Virus record (IMG/VR): IMGVR_UViG_3300029305_002015
Coordinates: 1 to 64,000 of that record
Length of the DNA stretch: 64,000 nucleotides
Strand: one strand, 5' to 3'
Source: a virus
Taxonomy: Duplodnaviria; Caudoviricetes
A program made the translations under genes and the position numbers. Position 1 is the stretch's first letter; the number at the start of each line of letters is the position of its first letter. Below are positions 39,725 through 51,286 of the stretch, piece after piece. The notes beneath the pieces are model-generated. The model was not told where the DNA came from. It was given only the letters and a program-made list of their open reading frames with translations, and ran no database searches.

Positions 39725-42700
39725 ATGGGACAGCTAAAGGATAAAAGAATTGTCCAGTCTCGTGTATGGCTGGAACCTAATCCTAGTCCAATTCCCCAAT
39801 ATGATTATGACTATACATATCCTATTTCTGTATATGAAGCAATCAAAAGAAATATGGATGATAACGCCACAAACCTATCGGACGAATTGGATAGTATCTA
39901 TCGTTTAATAAACGAAAAACAAAATATCATTGAAGCTGGAATCCCGGGTAATGTAATGACCTGGACTGGAACAAGAGGAAATATTGGATCCATTGAGATC
40001 CTGAAGATGATCAACTCCGATCCTTCTCTTCGTTCCCATCAGAAACTTGTAAGCGAAAGGGCTATTGGTGATATCCTAGATTCTAAAGTATCAGCTGGTG
40101 TATTTAATGCTCATATCAATGAGACTTCTATTCACGTAACTGATATCGAAAAGAATCGTTGGAATTCTATGGCTCCTCTCAGTACTTTGCATTCTCACAT
40201 CAATAATATTGCAATGCATATTACTGAGGCAGAACGTGGTCGTTGGAATAATAAGGCTGACCAGTCCTTCGTAGATGATCATGTCTACAATATCAACAAT
40301 CCTCACAATGTAACTGCTCATCAGGTTGGTACATATAGTCGTAAAGAAATCGATAATATGTTTGAAAACCTTCGTGAGTCTTTCTTCAATTATCTGAATA
40401 TTTATTGGGATGATAGACAGAGTAAGGCAGAGCTGGTTGAGTATCATGCAACTAACTGGAATCCTAACTATGTATTAGAATATAGTGATAGCCTACCAGA
40501 AGTTGAAAATAATGATTCTACTTATTTCGCTCTGAAACCTGCTACTGACTATAAGATCAATGAATCTCAGGATTGTATCATCTACATTAAACGTCCTGGT
40601 ATGATTTGGCAGGAAGTCGGCTTCCAGACAATGGATGTCGGCGACATGGTAATTCGTTATCCTGATACTGCTATGTACGTATGGGTACAGGGACGTTTCA
40701 TGGGTCTATTTACTGGTGCTTCAGGAGGTTCTGGTAGTAATGGATCCGATGGTGAAGATGGTAGTGCTGGAGGTACTGGTGGCAACAGCGACATGATGTG
40801 GCGTCCAGTAATCGATGAGACTACTGGAACCTTAACTTGGGTCAAATCCAAGAGTTCTGATCCTCCTGGTCCTTATGTAATTAAGGGTAAGGATGGTTAT
40901 AATCCTATCAAGGGCATTGACTATAATGATGGTAAAGATGGCGTAGGTGTTCCTCCTGGTGGTATGACTGGTGAAGTCCTCGTTAAGATGACTGATGAAA
41001 ACTTTGAGACTACCTGGAAAAACATTATCGATGTTCTTGGTGACTTAATCATTTCTGGTGGAGGATTACCTGCTGGTATCATTAGCTGGGATATGATTAA
41101 GGGTAGACCTGAGTGGTATAATGAGCTTGGTGATAATGAAGATGGATTCATTACTCAGAGAGCTGCTACTCGTCAGTTTGAGATTGTAAATAACTCTATC
41201 AGTGAGCTTCTTGAAAAGATCATTGGCAATGGTGGTCTTGATTCCGTCAAGGAAGATCTATATGCCCACATCAATGACTTTAGTAATCCTCATAGAGTTA
41301 CTACTGCTCAGATTGGTGCAGTTAGTGTTGCCACATTCACTGAACATGTTCAGAACTTCCATAATCCTCATAATGTTACTGCACAGCAAATCGGTTTAGG
41401 TAATGTAAATAATACCTCCGATATGGATAAGCCCATTTCTAATGCTGTACAGGAAGCTTTGGATGATATCCTCGATAAGATTGGTATTGTAACTGGTAAC
41501 GTATCTGGTATCAACTATGTTGATACTGTTAACTGGAGCGATCATAATACTACTCTTACTTTCATCTATAAAGATGGAACTGAAGTTGATGTTCAGATTC
41601 CTATTACGGATATCTTCAATAATATCTACTTCGATCCTGTAGAGGGTGAACTCGTAATTGTACTACCTGATGGCAATGAAAATAGAATTGATATCAGTGC
41701 TATGATCAAAGTCTATAGTGGTAGTATGAGTAAGAATATTCAGGTAGAAGTTTCTACAGATAATATTATTAAGGCTAGCATTCTACCTAATACTATTGGT
41801 GAGGATGAGCTGAAAGTTTCTGTACATCTGCCTGGTTCTCCCACTACAACTACTCAGCCTGTAACTGATAGATCTACTCGTATTGCTACTACTGAGTTCG
41901 TTCGTAATCAGGTTATTGATAATCTGATCTCTTATGAGACTGACCGCGCTCTATCTGCAAATATGGGTCGTATCCTCAATCAGCGTAAGGTTGATATTGA
42001 AGATATTATGGAGATCATTAATGATCTCGAGGCAATTGATGTAATTGATAACCTTGAATCTACTAACTCTCTTGCAGCTCTGTCTGCTAACATGGGTAGA
42101 TATCTTGATCTTACTAAAGCACCTCGAGTTCATACATCTTCTTCTCCTTCTACCTTTGGTAGAGCAACCATCAGTCTGTTTGGTCACGCCCGTGCATCTG
42201 ATATTGATCCTCTGATGGATGGTACTGTATTCCGTGGTACTGATGATGGTTATTATGCTCGTGCAGACCATCGTCACCCCACTGATAGTTCTCGTGCTCC
42301 TGTTCACTTCCCTGATGTCACTAATGGCATTGATAGCTTTACTGGTGAGCCCAAGACTACTGTACCTCCTGATGATTCTAACGATACTCGTATTCCTACT
42401 ACCAGCTGGATTAGAAGGAATGCAGTTGGTGTTCAGATGGGTGAATGTGATTCCGATAGTTATGCTGTCAATAAGATCGTTGTACTAAGATCTGACTTTA
42501 TGGAAGAGCCTGTCTTCATGCGTCAGACTGGTAGTACTGTATCTGTCACATTCCTTGAGGATGACCTTGCTGAAGATACTGTATTTATGGATGTCCAGGG
42601 TTCTGGTCCTGCAATGGTTGTATTCGGTGGTCTACCGATTGTAAATGGTATGATTAAAGCAAATCATACTTATACCTTTACTTTCGATGGTACTAACTGG

Positions 42701-43519
42701 AGACTGATGAATCCTTCTGGTATCCATACTTTACCTGATGATGATAACTCTAACTCGTTCATTTCTTCTGAATGGGTACGTAGAAACTTAGTTGGTGTAA
42801 CTAAGGGTGAGTCTGCTACTGCAGGTGGTAACCCCAATAAGGTTGCAACTCTTCGTTCTACTTTCATGGATCCTGTTGTATTCATGCGTCAGATTGGTAC
42901 CACTATTGCTATTACCTTTGAACATGAAGATCGTAGTGGTGATACACCTACTACATTGAACGTCAATGGTACTGGAGCTGCTAAGGTCCTGTTTGCCGGT
43001 GGTCCTCTATCTACTGGTATGATTGGTAAGAATCATACTCACATGTTCGTATTCGATGGAGAAAACTGGAGACTCATTAACCCTGTACCTGGTACTGGTA
43101 TTGGTGGTCCTGATGGTATTACCATTGGCCCTGGTACTCCTCCTGGTGAAGATGATCCTGAAGATCCTGAGAATCCCACTCCTGAGATGATCATTAACCA
43201 AGATACTGGTCACATTGGATTTACAATAGTTGGTGATAATGGTGCTGATGATGATGGCCAAGTTGATGAAGTATGGGTTACCTTACAATATGCTCCTAAG
43301 GCTGGTGGTGTAGAGGTTACTCTTGCTGAGGAAGATACTGCATGGGCAGTCAAGTTTGGTGATGGTACAATCCGTAGAGTCACGACACCTGTTGTTAGGG
43401 AAGTGAATGAGACTAGCGCCATTATCCAGTTTACTCTCATGGATGTATATCCATCTAACTCTCCTTGTCATCTACTCTATCGTACTAATAAGGCATGGAT
43501 CAATATTAAAGAACTATAA
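39725..43519 (+). CDS. Tail fibre protein (1264 aa)
   Basis: HxxxxxNPHxVT repeats, QIGLGNVNNTSDMDKPIS, RIATTEFV, ALSANMGR repeats, two FDGxNWRLxNP modules. Confidence 0.8.
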   Translation: MGQLKDKRIVQSRVWLEPNPSPIPQYDYDYTYPISVYEAIKRNMDDNATNLSDELDSIYRLINEKQNIIEAGIPGNVMTWTGTRGNIGSIEILKMINSDPSLRSHQKLVSERAIGDILDSKVSAGVFNAHINETSIHVTDIEKNRWNSMAPLSTLHSHINNIAMHITEAERGRWNNKADQSFVDDHVYNINNPHNVTAHQVGTYSRKEIDNMFENLRESFFNYLNIYWDDRQSKAELVEYHATNWNPNYVLEYSDSLPEVENNDSTYFALKPATDYKINESQDCIIYIKRPGMIWQEVGFQTMDVGDMVIRYPDTAMYVWVQGRFMGLFTGASGGSGSNGSDGEDGSAGGTGGNSDMMWRPVIDETTGTLTWVKSKSSDPPGPYVIKGKDGYNPIKGIDYNDGKDGVGVPPGGMTGEVLVKMTDENFETTWKNIIDVLGDLIISGGGLPAGIISWDMIKGRPEWYNELGDNEDGFITQRAATRQFEIVNNSISELLEKIIGNGGLDSVKEDLYAHINDFSNPHRVTTAQIGAVSVATFTEHVQNFHNPHNVTAQQIGLGNVNNTSDMDKPISNAVQEALDDILDKIGIVTGNVSGINYVDTVNWSDHNTTLTFIYKDGTEVDVQIPITDIFNNIYFDPVEGELVIVLPDGNENRIDISAMIKVYSGSMSKNIQVEVSTDNIIKASILPNTIGEDELKVSVHLPGSPTTTTQPVTDRSTRIATTEFVRNQVIDNLISYETDRALSANMGRILNQRKVDIEDIMEIINDLEAIDVIDNLESTNSLAALSANMGRYLDLTKAPRVHTSSSPSTFGRATISLFGHARASDIDPLMDGTVFRGTDDGYYARADHRHPTDSSRAPVHFPDVTNGIDSFTGEPKTTVPPDDSNDTRIPTTSWIRRNAVGVQMGECDSDSYAVNKIVVLRSDFMEEPVFMRQTGSTVSVTFLEDDLAEDTVFMDVQGSGPAMVVFGGLPIVNGMIKANHTYTFTFDGTNWRLMNPSGIHTLPDDDNSNSFISSEWVRRNLVGVTKGESATAGGNPNKVATLRSTFMDPVVFMRQIGTTIAITFEHEDRSGDTPTTLNVNGTGAAKVLFAGGPLSTGMIGKNHTHMFVFDGENWRLINPVPGTGIGGPDGITIGPGTPPGEDDPEDPENPTPEMIINQDTGHIGFTIVGDNGADDDGQVDEVWVTLQYAPKAGGVEVTLAEEDTAWAVKFGDGTIRRVTTPVVREVNETSAIIQFTLMDVYPSNSPCHLLYRTNKAWINIKEL

Positions 43520-43536
43520 TAGGAGGTGAGCATCGA

Positions 43537-46500
43537 ATGGCACTGATTAACAAACGCACCGGTTTCTATGGTTTCACTGCTGATGGACTCGGTGGGATTA
43601 AGAGCGATAAGACTGGTAGTGTTAAAAAATGTATCATTTCTATTGCATATCAAGTGCATTTGAGAAATGTTAGATTTAGTATCTCTGGCGGTGCCGATGA
43701 TTGGGGTGCTCAAATGGGGGATGGGTCCATCATCCCCCTCTCCAACCCCAATACGTTGTACGTAAACCGTGATAGTGCTATTGTTGAGTTTGACATGGCT
43801 ACGGCTTACGCCGCCAATTCCCCTTGTGCATTAGTATACAGAAGTGATACTGCTGCATTTAAAGTTGTTGAAACTGATGATGGATCTGAAGTATATGAAA
43901 ATACTTTAAGTGGTCACTTTGCATTTACCGTTGAAGGTTATGGTGGTAAGAGTTATGACCTCGGATATGTAGATCGTGTTCTTGCTACTATTCCTTTCCC
44001 TGTACAAGTATCTGATGTTGAATTCAGTATTAGTGCAGGTGATGATCACTGGGGTGCTAGAATGGGTGATGGATCTATCATTCCATTAGTCAATCCTGAG
44101 GTTTTAGTCACTAATGCTGATAATGCTGTTATCAAATTTGAAATGACTCAACCTTATCCCTCTAACTCCCCCTGTATGATTGTATACAGAAGTCCTGAAG
44201 CATCTTTCCACCTGGAAGTTGTAGTTATTCCTCCTGAATATGTTCCTGTAACAGATATTACTGAGGTTCCTGAATCTCTTGTTGCAGGTACATCTGTAGA
44301 CTTGTCTCCTTGCTGTGTAGCTCCTACTGATGCTACTGTTCAGGGTATCTCTTGGATGGTAATGAGTGGTCCTGCTAAAGTTGAAGGTGATACCTTAACT
44401 ACTACTGGCCAGGGAACTGTTGTTCTGAAAGCAACTGTCGCAGGTGGTAAAACTGAAGAGGGTGAAGACTTTACTAAAACATTCAATATTCCAGTAAAGG
44501 CTAATAAGATTACAATCTTGGCTCATCCTACTCAGGAGACTACCTTGACTCATGGAGTTGTTCGTGGTAACTTAACTGTTATTGCTAAATCTGATACTGG
44601 TGTAATCAGTTATAAGTGGTATCAGAATAAGATCAATTCTTATACAAATGCTACTCCTGTTCATAATGGTGCCAAATCTAGTTATACATTCCCTGTGGAT
44701 ATTAGTGCCGGCATCCATTACTACTTCTGCGAGATTAGTAGCCCTGGTGCAACTAGTGTAAGATCTAATATTGCCAAGGTAAATGTTTTAGTAGAACTTG
44801 ATTCTGTAACTATTATTCCTGAAATTAGTTCTATGCTTATCACTTCTACTCAGAAGTTTGATATTACTCATTTACCTGAAGATGCTCATAAACCTCAGAT
44901 TGCTTGGACTTCTAGTGATCATAACGTTGTCCAGATTGATGAGGAAGGTAATGCACTGGCAGTTAACCAGGGTTCCGCGGTGATTACCGCGACAACCCTT
45001 GATGGAAGATATAGTGATAGTATCAAGATTACTGTTCCTGCATATGTCTCTGTAACTAACATCACTGGTTTAATTACTACTCTATCAACTGGTGTCTATA
45101 GTTCGTTAGTTGGTACAGTAGTTCCTTCTAATGCTACAGAGAAATCTATCCAATGGGCAATTATTGACCAGGGTACTACTGAGGCAATAATTAGTAACAA
45201 TAGACTGTATGCATCTAAGGCTGGTACAGTTAGATTGAAAGCAACCATTATCAAGGGTATTTCTCCTACTCAGGATTTCATTAAGGAATTCTCTGTAATT
45301 GTTACTAAAGCATTTATTGCTGTAACAGATGTTACCTTAGTAGATTTCCCTGTTCCTATCAGATGTGACCAGACTGCAATGGTAAAGGGTAAAGTTACTC
45401 CTGCAGATGCAGATTATACGGATATCATTTGGACTATTAGTCAGCCTGGTTCAACTGGTGCTACTCTAGTAGATGGAGTTATTAGTTTTACTGATCCCGG
45501 TACTGTAATATTACTTGCTACTATTCTTAATGGTAAGAGCCCTTCTGTAAACTTTACTAAAGAATTCTCTATTAAGATTAATGATCCTTGGGTAGCAATT
45601 GATCATGTAGAGTTGACTCCTACTGAGTATGACCCTAACCCGACAAATGGTGAAGCTATTAAATTAACTGCTATTGTATATCCTGAAAATGCAACAAAGA
45701 AAGATGTCATCATGAAAATGCTTGATGACAGTGTTGCAAAAGCTACATTTGATGCAGCAACTCAGATGCTTCAAGTTAATCCTAAGAATATGAAGCCTAC
45801 TGATGAGCCTGTTGTAATGATGGAGCTAACTGTAATCGATGGATATACTGAGGGTAGAGATTATGTAGTAACTCATAATGTCCGTATTATTCCTCCTGCT
45901 CCTGAGGATGAATATGTTCCTATTGATCGTATTGATCTAGTATATCCTGAACCAATGAGATGTCATTATCCTGTTCTATTAGAGCGGTTTACTGTATATC
46001 CTTGGAATGCTTCAGAAATCAATGCTAGATTTAGATCTCAGAGAGCTCAAGAATATGGCGGTGCAGATAACATCATTTTCAATCCTAATGAATATGCATT
46101 TAGCCATACTCAAAAGAAAGAATTCTTTGATTGGGGATTGGATGAAAACTATCTGTTCCCATATGACCCTGGTAAAATTAATCTAAACCTAACCGTTGTT
46201 AAGGGTTTAGGTCCTGAACCTGGTCAGGATTATATACGAAACTTTGAACTCGATATGCTTCCTCCTTATATTGCAGCTAAGGATATCTCCAATATTCCAA
46301 TTGAAGTTCCTGTAGGTAAGGACTTTATCCTCTCTGGTGAAGTCGAAACTCAAGGAGGTATTGGATACCATAATCCTACATGGGATGAGGAAGTGCCTAG
46401 CTTCGATAATATTATTTGGAGAATTGGTGATGACTACTTCGATACTGATGAATATCCTAATAGGGCTAATGCAGTATTGAAGGGTGAGAATGGTAATACT

Positions 46501-49500
46501 CTATACTGTAATAGGTCTGGACAATTTACTATCCAAGCATATATCGAGAATGGTAAAGCTGATGCTGTAAAGTGGTATGATAAGACTCAAATTGGTGAGC
46601 CTTTCACTAAACTCTTTACGATTAAAGCTGTCAGTGATACCACTTATAACAAAGCGATTGTAACTCTTACTCTTAATACTGGTACTAAAGTTCGTGTATA
46701 TTCAATGGGTGATCTGAATAATCTTTGTAATGATTTACCATCTGATACCACGATTACCATTAATGGAACACCATTCAGGAAGGATCAAGTTGTTGGAGTA
46801 AGTTTCTGGGAAGAAAGTTATGTAACTGATTCTACTGTTGCAATCAAGGATATTTCTCTTGATAAGATTGAACTAGAACCTTACGAACTTATTGCTCCTG
46901 AAGTAGAAGTAGAGTCATTTGATGGAATTACTCCTAGTAATGATAGTGATGGTTGTATTACTATCATGGATACCAAGAGTGCATTCTACGGTATGAAGAT
47001 CTTACCTGACAATGTATATCTACTTCCTGATGGTACTATTATCAGATATTATGACTCTAAGAGTTACTTTACTACTGATGGATCTGGAACTATCACCGGT
47101 TTAACTCCTGAGGGTAAGGCAATGTTAAATCTGCCTATTCCTTCTATTATCGATGGTGAAGAAATTACTGCTATTGGTAGTAATGCATTTGATGGTGCAA
47201 CATTCTCAATTGTGCTTATTCCTAAAACTGTAACTATCATCGGAGCTGGTGCATTTAACAATTGCTCTAATCTTACCACTGTTATCATTGATAATGGTAT
47301 TGAAACTATTGAAGATGGAGCATTTGCTGGTTGTGATGATCTGATTAATGTTTTCTATACTGGATCTGAAGAAGATTGGAATGAGATTGATATCTCTAAC
47401 ACAGATGATTCTAATGCTGTATTAATTAATGCAACTAAAGAATTTGAATATGATATTAATCTGGCAAATTCTGTCAAATTCATGATCGATGAAGTTGAAT
47501 ATACTGCACTAAATGGTATGACTTGGGAAGAGTGGGTAAATAGTGAATTTAATACTAAAGGATTTACTTCCAATGGTGCTAATATCACTGAAACTGTTGC
47601 TGATGAAACCATGTATGTTGCAGTTAATGAAGAAGATGGAATGAGAGTATTATCTACTGATATTATCAATGCAAATCACCACTATGTTACTGGTACTGCT
47701 GATTCTACCCATAGCCCTGATTTTGCAGCTCTTAATATTGGTGATGGTGATGATGTTATTCTTAACCTTAAATATGCTCATGACATCTTCAAAGTAGATC
47801 CTTCCATTATTCAGATTCCTGATTCTTTTGTAAGATATGATAATGGATGGGTTGGCATTCCTGCTGGTACTATCTTAAGTACCTCTGGTAGCTTAATTGT
47901 ACCTAACCCTGAATATGGTGCAACTAGTTTCCATGTAACGGGTATTGTTACCTATTCTGATGGAACACCGTTTGTTGGAGCAAAGGTTCGTGCTATGATG
48001 GGAACTCAGCAAGTTGGTGCAGAAGCTACTACATCTCCTGAAGGTAAATACACTATTAAGAATCTACCTATTGGAAATTACAGGTTGATTGCCGATAATG
48101 GCTATGGTGATACTGTCGCAACTGATTTTATGATTGATGGTGAAACTGAAATTGTTGACCTGAAATTCTCTACTCTTTATTATGAAGCATCTCTAACAAT
48201 TGCCACTAAAATTATGGATAATCAGAAACTCAGTGACATCAGTATTAGTGGTATTGCGTTAACTGTTGATGATAAAGAAGTAGCTGGTAAATTCTCGTGG
48301 GTAACAACCGATGATGAATTCGATACTTCTTATTCTACCAGCGATGCTTTATGGAAATTCACTCCTAATAATACCAATAGGTATCTACCCGTATATGGTA
48401 CTGTAACATTTACTGTGTTATCAAGTATCATTAAGAAAGCTCCAAGTCCTGTAACTGATATATTGATTCATAATGGATCTCGTAAATCTCCTACATGGAA
48501 TGATTATGATTCTGATCAATTAACTATGGGCGGAGATACTTCTGGAACTGACGCTGGTATGTATTATACCACATTTACTCCTAAGGGTTTATTCACTTGG
48601 GAAGATGGAAGTCAGAAGGAAGTAAGCATTTCCTGGGGCATTTATATGCCTTTCCATGTTACTAAGAGTAACAGGGGAACGGTTGGATATGATTCTGATA
48701 GCTCAGACTTTACCATGAAGGAAACCTTCATCTCTAGTGGTATAATGTATGCACCTACTAGTATGGATATCCATGTATTTGATAGCTGTACACATCTAAA
48801 GACTTTATCTATTCCTGGAACAATGACCGAAATTTCTGAAATGGCATTCGACCAGTGTTCTGGATTGACTAAAGTTGTTATCAATGAAGGTGTATCTATC
48901 ATTGGTGCATGTGCTTTCCAGCAATGTAGTTCACTAACAGAAATTACAATTCCAGCATCTTTAACCCAAGTTGGTTCTAATGCTTTCTCTGGTTGCAGCA
49001 AATTATCTACTGTGAATTATGGTGGAACTAAAGAGCAGTGGAATAAACTTAAGGTAAATATTTCTAGTGGTAACAGTAGACTTACTGGAGCTACTATTAA
49101 ATATACTGAAGAAGTTGCAACTGTTGAGGAAGAGGGTGAAGAGGCACCTGTTATTGATCCTACTACTCCTTCTACTGGTGGTAGCACTACTGTTGTACCT
49201 GAAGATACTGAAGAAGATGTTGTTGAGGATAAAGAGCCTAACTATGATGTATATCCGATGCTATATGAAATCTCTATTCATGGTATAGTATTTGATCATA
49301 CTACTAGTAGGATTTTATTCCCTGATGGTACTTGTATCTTGAATGCTTCCAAAATTCTTTTACCTCACAATTACACCTATGATCCTGATACAACATATAT
49401 CGACCCTGTCAGTGTTGATGAGTCTGATATTTTGATAAAGATGCCTTATGGTGTTTACATGAATTCTTCTAAACAGATTTGTGTTCTTGATCTAAAGAGT

Positions 49501-51279
49501 TTGGTTAGAGGAATGACTGCTGTAAACACTGAAACTGGTAATTTCCTCAGACTTACTGATGGATCCCTAATTCATGAATCTGGTATTGTTTACACATCAG
49601 CAGGTAAGCTTTATGATATTTATCAGAGAGCTATCAATGAAAACTCTTACTTCAATCTTACTGGTGGTGTAAACTTTACTCCAAGTAACGCATCTAACAA
49701 ATCCATTGATTGGACATTTGATGAAATTCCTGAAGGTACTGTAGTTGCAACATTGCCTACAAATGGCGGAGACACTCTGCTTATTATTGCAGGTAATAAA
49801 TCTGGTTACATGATTCTAGATGCATATGTCACTAATGGTTATAGTAGTAGAGATGACTATGAACAAAAACTTCTAATTGCTATTGGTGATGTATCTGATG
49901 AAGAGGATCGGTTGATTGATATCAACTTTGGTTCTGTAACTAGAACTGTATACAAGGGCTACAGTAGTACCAATACAACTTTAACAATTGATCTATTTGG
50001 TACAAGTGAGGAGATCGAAGATCTTGCTGCCGAGGATATTGAATGGTCAATTACTGGTGGTTATAAACCTAGCTATGGTGGTGGATATGGTAGATATGGT
50101 GCAAGTCCTACGGTGATCTATCCTAGGAGTGATAATCTATCAGCATATCTCTATATTAGTAGTTACCAAGAAACTGGTAGTACTATAACCGTAACCGTTA
50201 CTTGTGGCGACTTTAAGAAAGAACTGAAAGTAAATGTTGCTACGAAGTATAGCTATGGTGAACCTTATGTCGGATCTCTTCGTAACTTTGGTAGAAACTT
50301 TATTAATCTGAAATCTATAAACCATATTCCTAGTACAGTAAATGGTGATGACTGTTTAAGAAACTTCCTCATGGGATGTACAAGCTTTAATCAGGCCATT
50401 ACTATTCCTGATAGCGTTGCTGGTGATAGATGTTTACAGTACTTCCTGAGAGATTGTACGAGTTTCAATTCTAAGGTTACTATTCCTGAGGAGATTTATG
50501 GTGAAGATTGCTTACATGGTTTCCTGTATGGATGTGAAAGCTTTAATAAAGCTATCACTATTCCTGAAGGCGTAACTGGTAATGGTTGTCTTGAGAGATT
50601 CCTCATGTGTTGTAAGTCTTTCAATCAGAATATCACTATTCCGGAAGGAATTCAGGGTGATGCATGTCTACGTAATTTTATGACTGAATGTCATGCATTC
50701 AACAGACCTATTAGAATTCCTGATGGTATTACTGGTGAAAATTCTATGGATCTATTTATGAGAGACTGTAATGCAATGGTTTCTAATGTAACTATTAGCA
50801 AACAAGCTGCTCGCAGTGTTGGCGTTAATGGTCAGACATTGTCTACTGTATTTAGTCAGTCCGATATGTTCATCAATGGTGTTCCTATTATTGGTGATGG
50901 TGCTAGACTCTTTATGCGTAAAGCATATAATGTTCTTGGAGCACCTCCTTATCGTAAATTAAGTACTGTAGAACCTGAGGATGAAGAATTCACCATTACA
51001 GTAAACCAGGTTGAAGGTGTTAATGTAACTACTGATCTTGATGCTGCATTTGAAATTGATACTGTAGAAGTTACAGTTGAAATTACAGATGAGCTAGTTA
51101 CAGACGTTCAACTTTCTATTGATGATCCTGATATTGAGCTTGTGTCAATCGGTGAGAATAAATACGAGTTCACAATGGGTATCAAGAATGTTGTAATTGA
51201 TGTAACTGTAACAAGACGTGAACCTGATCCTGAACCTGTAGAACCAACTCCTGAAGAAGGAACCGACACAACTGAATAA
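43537..51279 (+). CDS. Giant tail-associated adhesin-like protein (2580 aa): Ig-like repeats and BspA-type LRRs
   Basis: VxPxNATxxxIxW Big_2-like repeats, IPxxVTxIGxxAFxxC LRRs, carboxypeptidase-regulatory-like segment, C-terminal 26-aa Cys-rich LRRs. Confidence 0.8.
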   Translation: MALINKRTGFYGFTADGLGGIKSDKTGSVKKCIISIAYQVHLRNVRFSISGGADDWGAQMGDGSIIPLSNPNTLYVNRDSAIVEFDMATAYAANSPCALVYRSDTAAFKVVETDDGSEVYENTLSGHFAFTVEGYGGKSYDLGYVDRVLATIPFPVQVSDVEFSISAGDDHWGARMGDGSIIPLVNPEVLVTNADNAVIKFEMTQPYPSNSPCMIVYRSPEASFHLEVVVIPPEYVPVTDITEVPESLVAGTSVDLSPCCVAPTDATVQGISWMVMSGPAKVEGDTLTTTGQGTVVLKATVAGGKTEEGEDFTKTFNIPVKANKITILAHPTQETTLTHGVVRGNLTVIAKSDTGVISYKWYQNKINSYTNATPVHNGAKSSYTFPVDISAGIHYYFCEISSPGATSVRSNIAKVNVLVELDSVTIIPEISSMLITSTQKFDITHLPEDAHKPQIAWTSSDHNVVQIDEEGNALAVNQGSAVITATTLDGRYSDSIKITVPAYVSVTNITGLITTLSTGVYSSLVGTVVPSNATEKSIQWAIIDQGTTEAIISNNRLYASKAGTVRLKATIIKGISPTQDFIKEFSVIVTKAFIAVTDVTLVDFPVPIRCDQTAMVKGKVTPADADYTDIIWTISQPGSTGATLVDGVISFTDPGTVILLATILNGKSPSVNFTKEFSIKINDPWVAIDHVELTPTEYDPNPTNGEAIKLTAIVYPENATKKDVIMKMLDDSVAKATFDAATQMLQVNPKNMKPTDEPVVMMELTVIDGYTEGRDYVVTHNVRIIPPAPEDEYVPIDRIDLVYPEPMRCHYPVLLERFTVYPWNASEINARFRSQRAQEYGGADNIIFNPNEYAFSHTQKKEFFDWGLDENYLFPYDPGKINLNLTVVKGLGPEPGQDYIRNFELDMLPPYIAAKDISNIPIEVPVGKDFILSGEVETQGGIGYHNPTWDEEVPSFDNIIWRIGDDYFDTDEYPNRANAVLKGENGNTLYCNRSGQFTIQAYIENGKADAVKWYDKTQIGEPFTKLFTIKAVSDTTYNKAIVTLTLNTGTKVRVYSMGDLNNLCNDLPSDTTITINGTPFRKDQVVGVSFWEESYVTDSTVAIKDISLDKIELEPYELIAPEVEVESFDGITPSNDSDGCITIMDTKSAFYGMKILPDNVYLLPDGTIIRYYDSKSYFTTDGSGTITGLTPEGKAMLNLPIPSIIDGEEITAIGSNAFDGATFSIVLIPKTVTIIGAGAFNNCSNLTTVIIDNGIETIEDGAFAGCDDLINVFYTGSEEDWNEIDISNTDDSNAVLINATKEFEYDINLANSVKFMIDEVEYTALNGMTWEEWVNSEFNTKGFTSNGANITETVADETMYVAVNEEDGMRVLSTDIINANHHYVTGTADSTHSPDFAALNIGDGDDVILNLKYAHDIFKVDPSIIQIPDSFVRYDNGWVGIPAGTILSTSGSLIVPNPEYGATSFHVTGIVTYSDGTPFVGAKVRAMMGTQQVGAEATTSPEGKYTIKNLPIGNYRLIADNGYGDTVATDFMIDGETEIVDLKFSTLYYEASLTIATKIMDNQKLSDISISGIALTVDDKEVAGKFSWVTTDDEFDTSYSTSDALWKFTPNNTNRYLPVYGTVTFTVLSSIIKKAPSPVTDILIHNGSRKSPTWNDYDSDQLTMGGDTSGTDAGMYYTTFTPKGLFTWEDGSQKEVSISWGIYMPFHVTKSNRGTVGYDSDSSDFTMKETFISSGIMYAPTSMDIHVFDSCTHLKTLSIPGTMTEISEMAFDQCSGLTKVVINEGVSIIGACAFQQCSSLTEITIPASLTQVGSNAFSGCSKLSTVNYGGTKEQWNKLKVNISSGNSRLTGATIKYTEEVATVEEEGEEAPVIDPTTPSTGGSTTVVPEDTEEDVVEDKEPNYDVYPMLYEISIHGIVFDHTTSRILFPDGTCILNASKILLPHNYTYDPDTTYIDPVSVDESDILIKMPYGVYMNSSKQICVLDLKSLVRGMTAVNTETGNFLRLTDGSLIHESGIVYTSAGKLYDIYQRAINENSYFNLTGGVNFTPSNASNKSIDWTFDEIPEGTVVATLPTNGGDTLLIIAGNKSGYMILDAYVTNGYSSRDDYEQKLLIAIGDVSDEEDRLIDINFGSVTRTVYKGYSSTNTTLTIDLFGTSEEIEDLAAEDIEWSITGGYKPSYGGGYGRYGASPTVIYPRSDNLSAYLYISSYQETGSTITVTVTCGDFKKELKVNVATKYSYGEPYVGSLRNFGRNFINLKSINHIPSTVNGDDCLRNFLMGCTSFNQAITIPDSVAGDRCLQYFLRDCTSFNSKVTIPEEIYGEDCLHGFLYGCESFNKAITIPEGVTGNGCLERFLMCCKSFNQNITIPEGIQGDACLRNFMTECHAFNRPIRIPDGITGENSMDLFMRDCNAMVSNVTISKQAARSVGVNGQTLSTVFSQSDMFINGVPIIGDGARLFMRKAYNVLGAPPYRKLSTVEPEDEEFTITVNQVEGVNVTTDLDAAFEIDTVEVTVEITDELVTDVQLSIDDPDIELVSIGENKYEFTMGIKNVVIDVTVTRREPDPEPVEPTPEEGTDTTE

Positions 51280-51286
51280 ATCCTCA

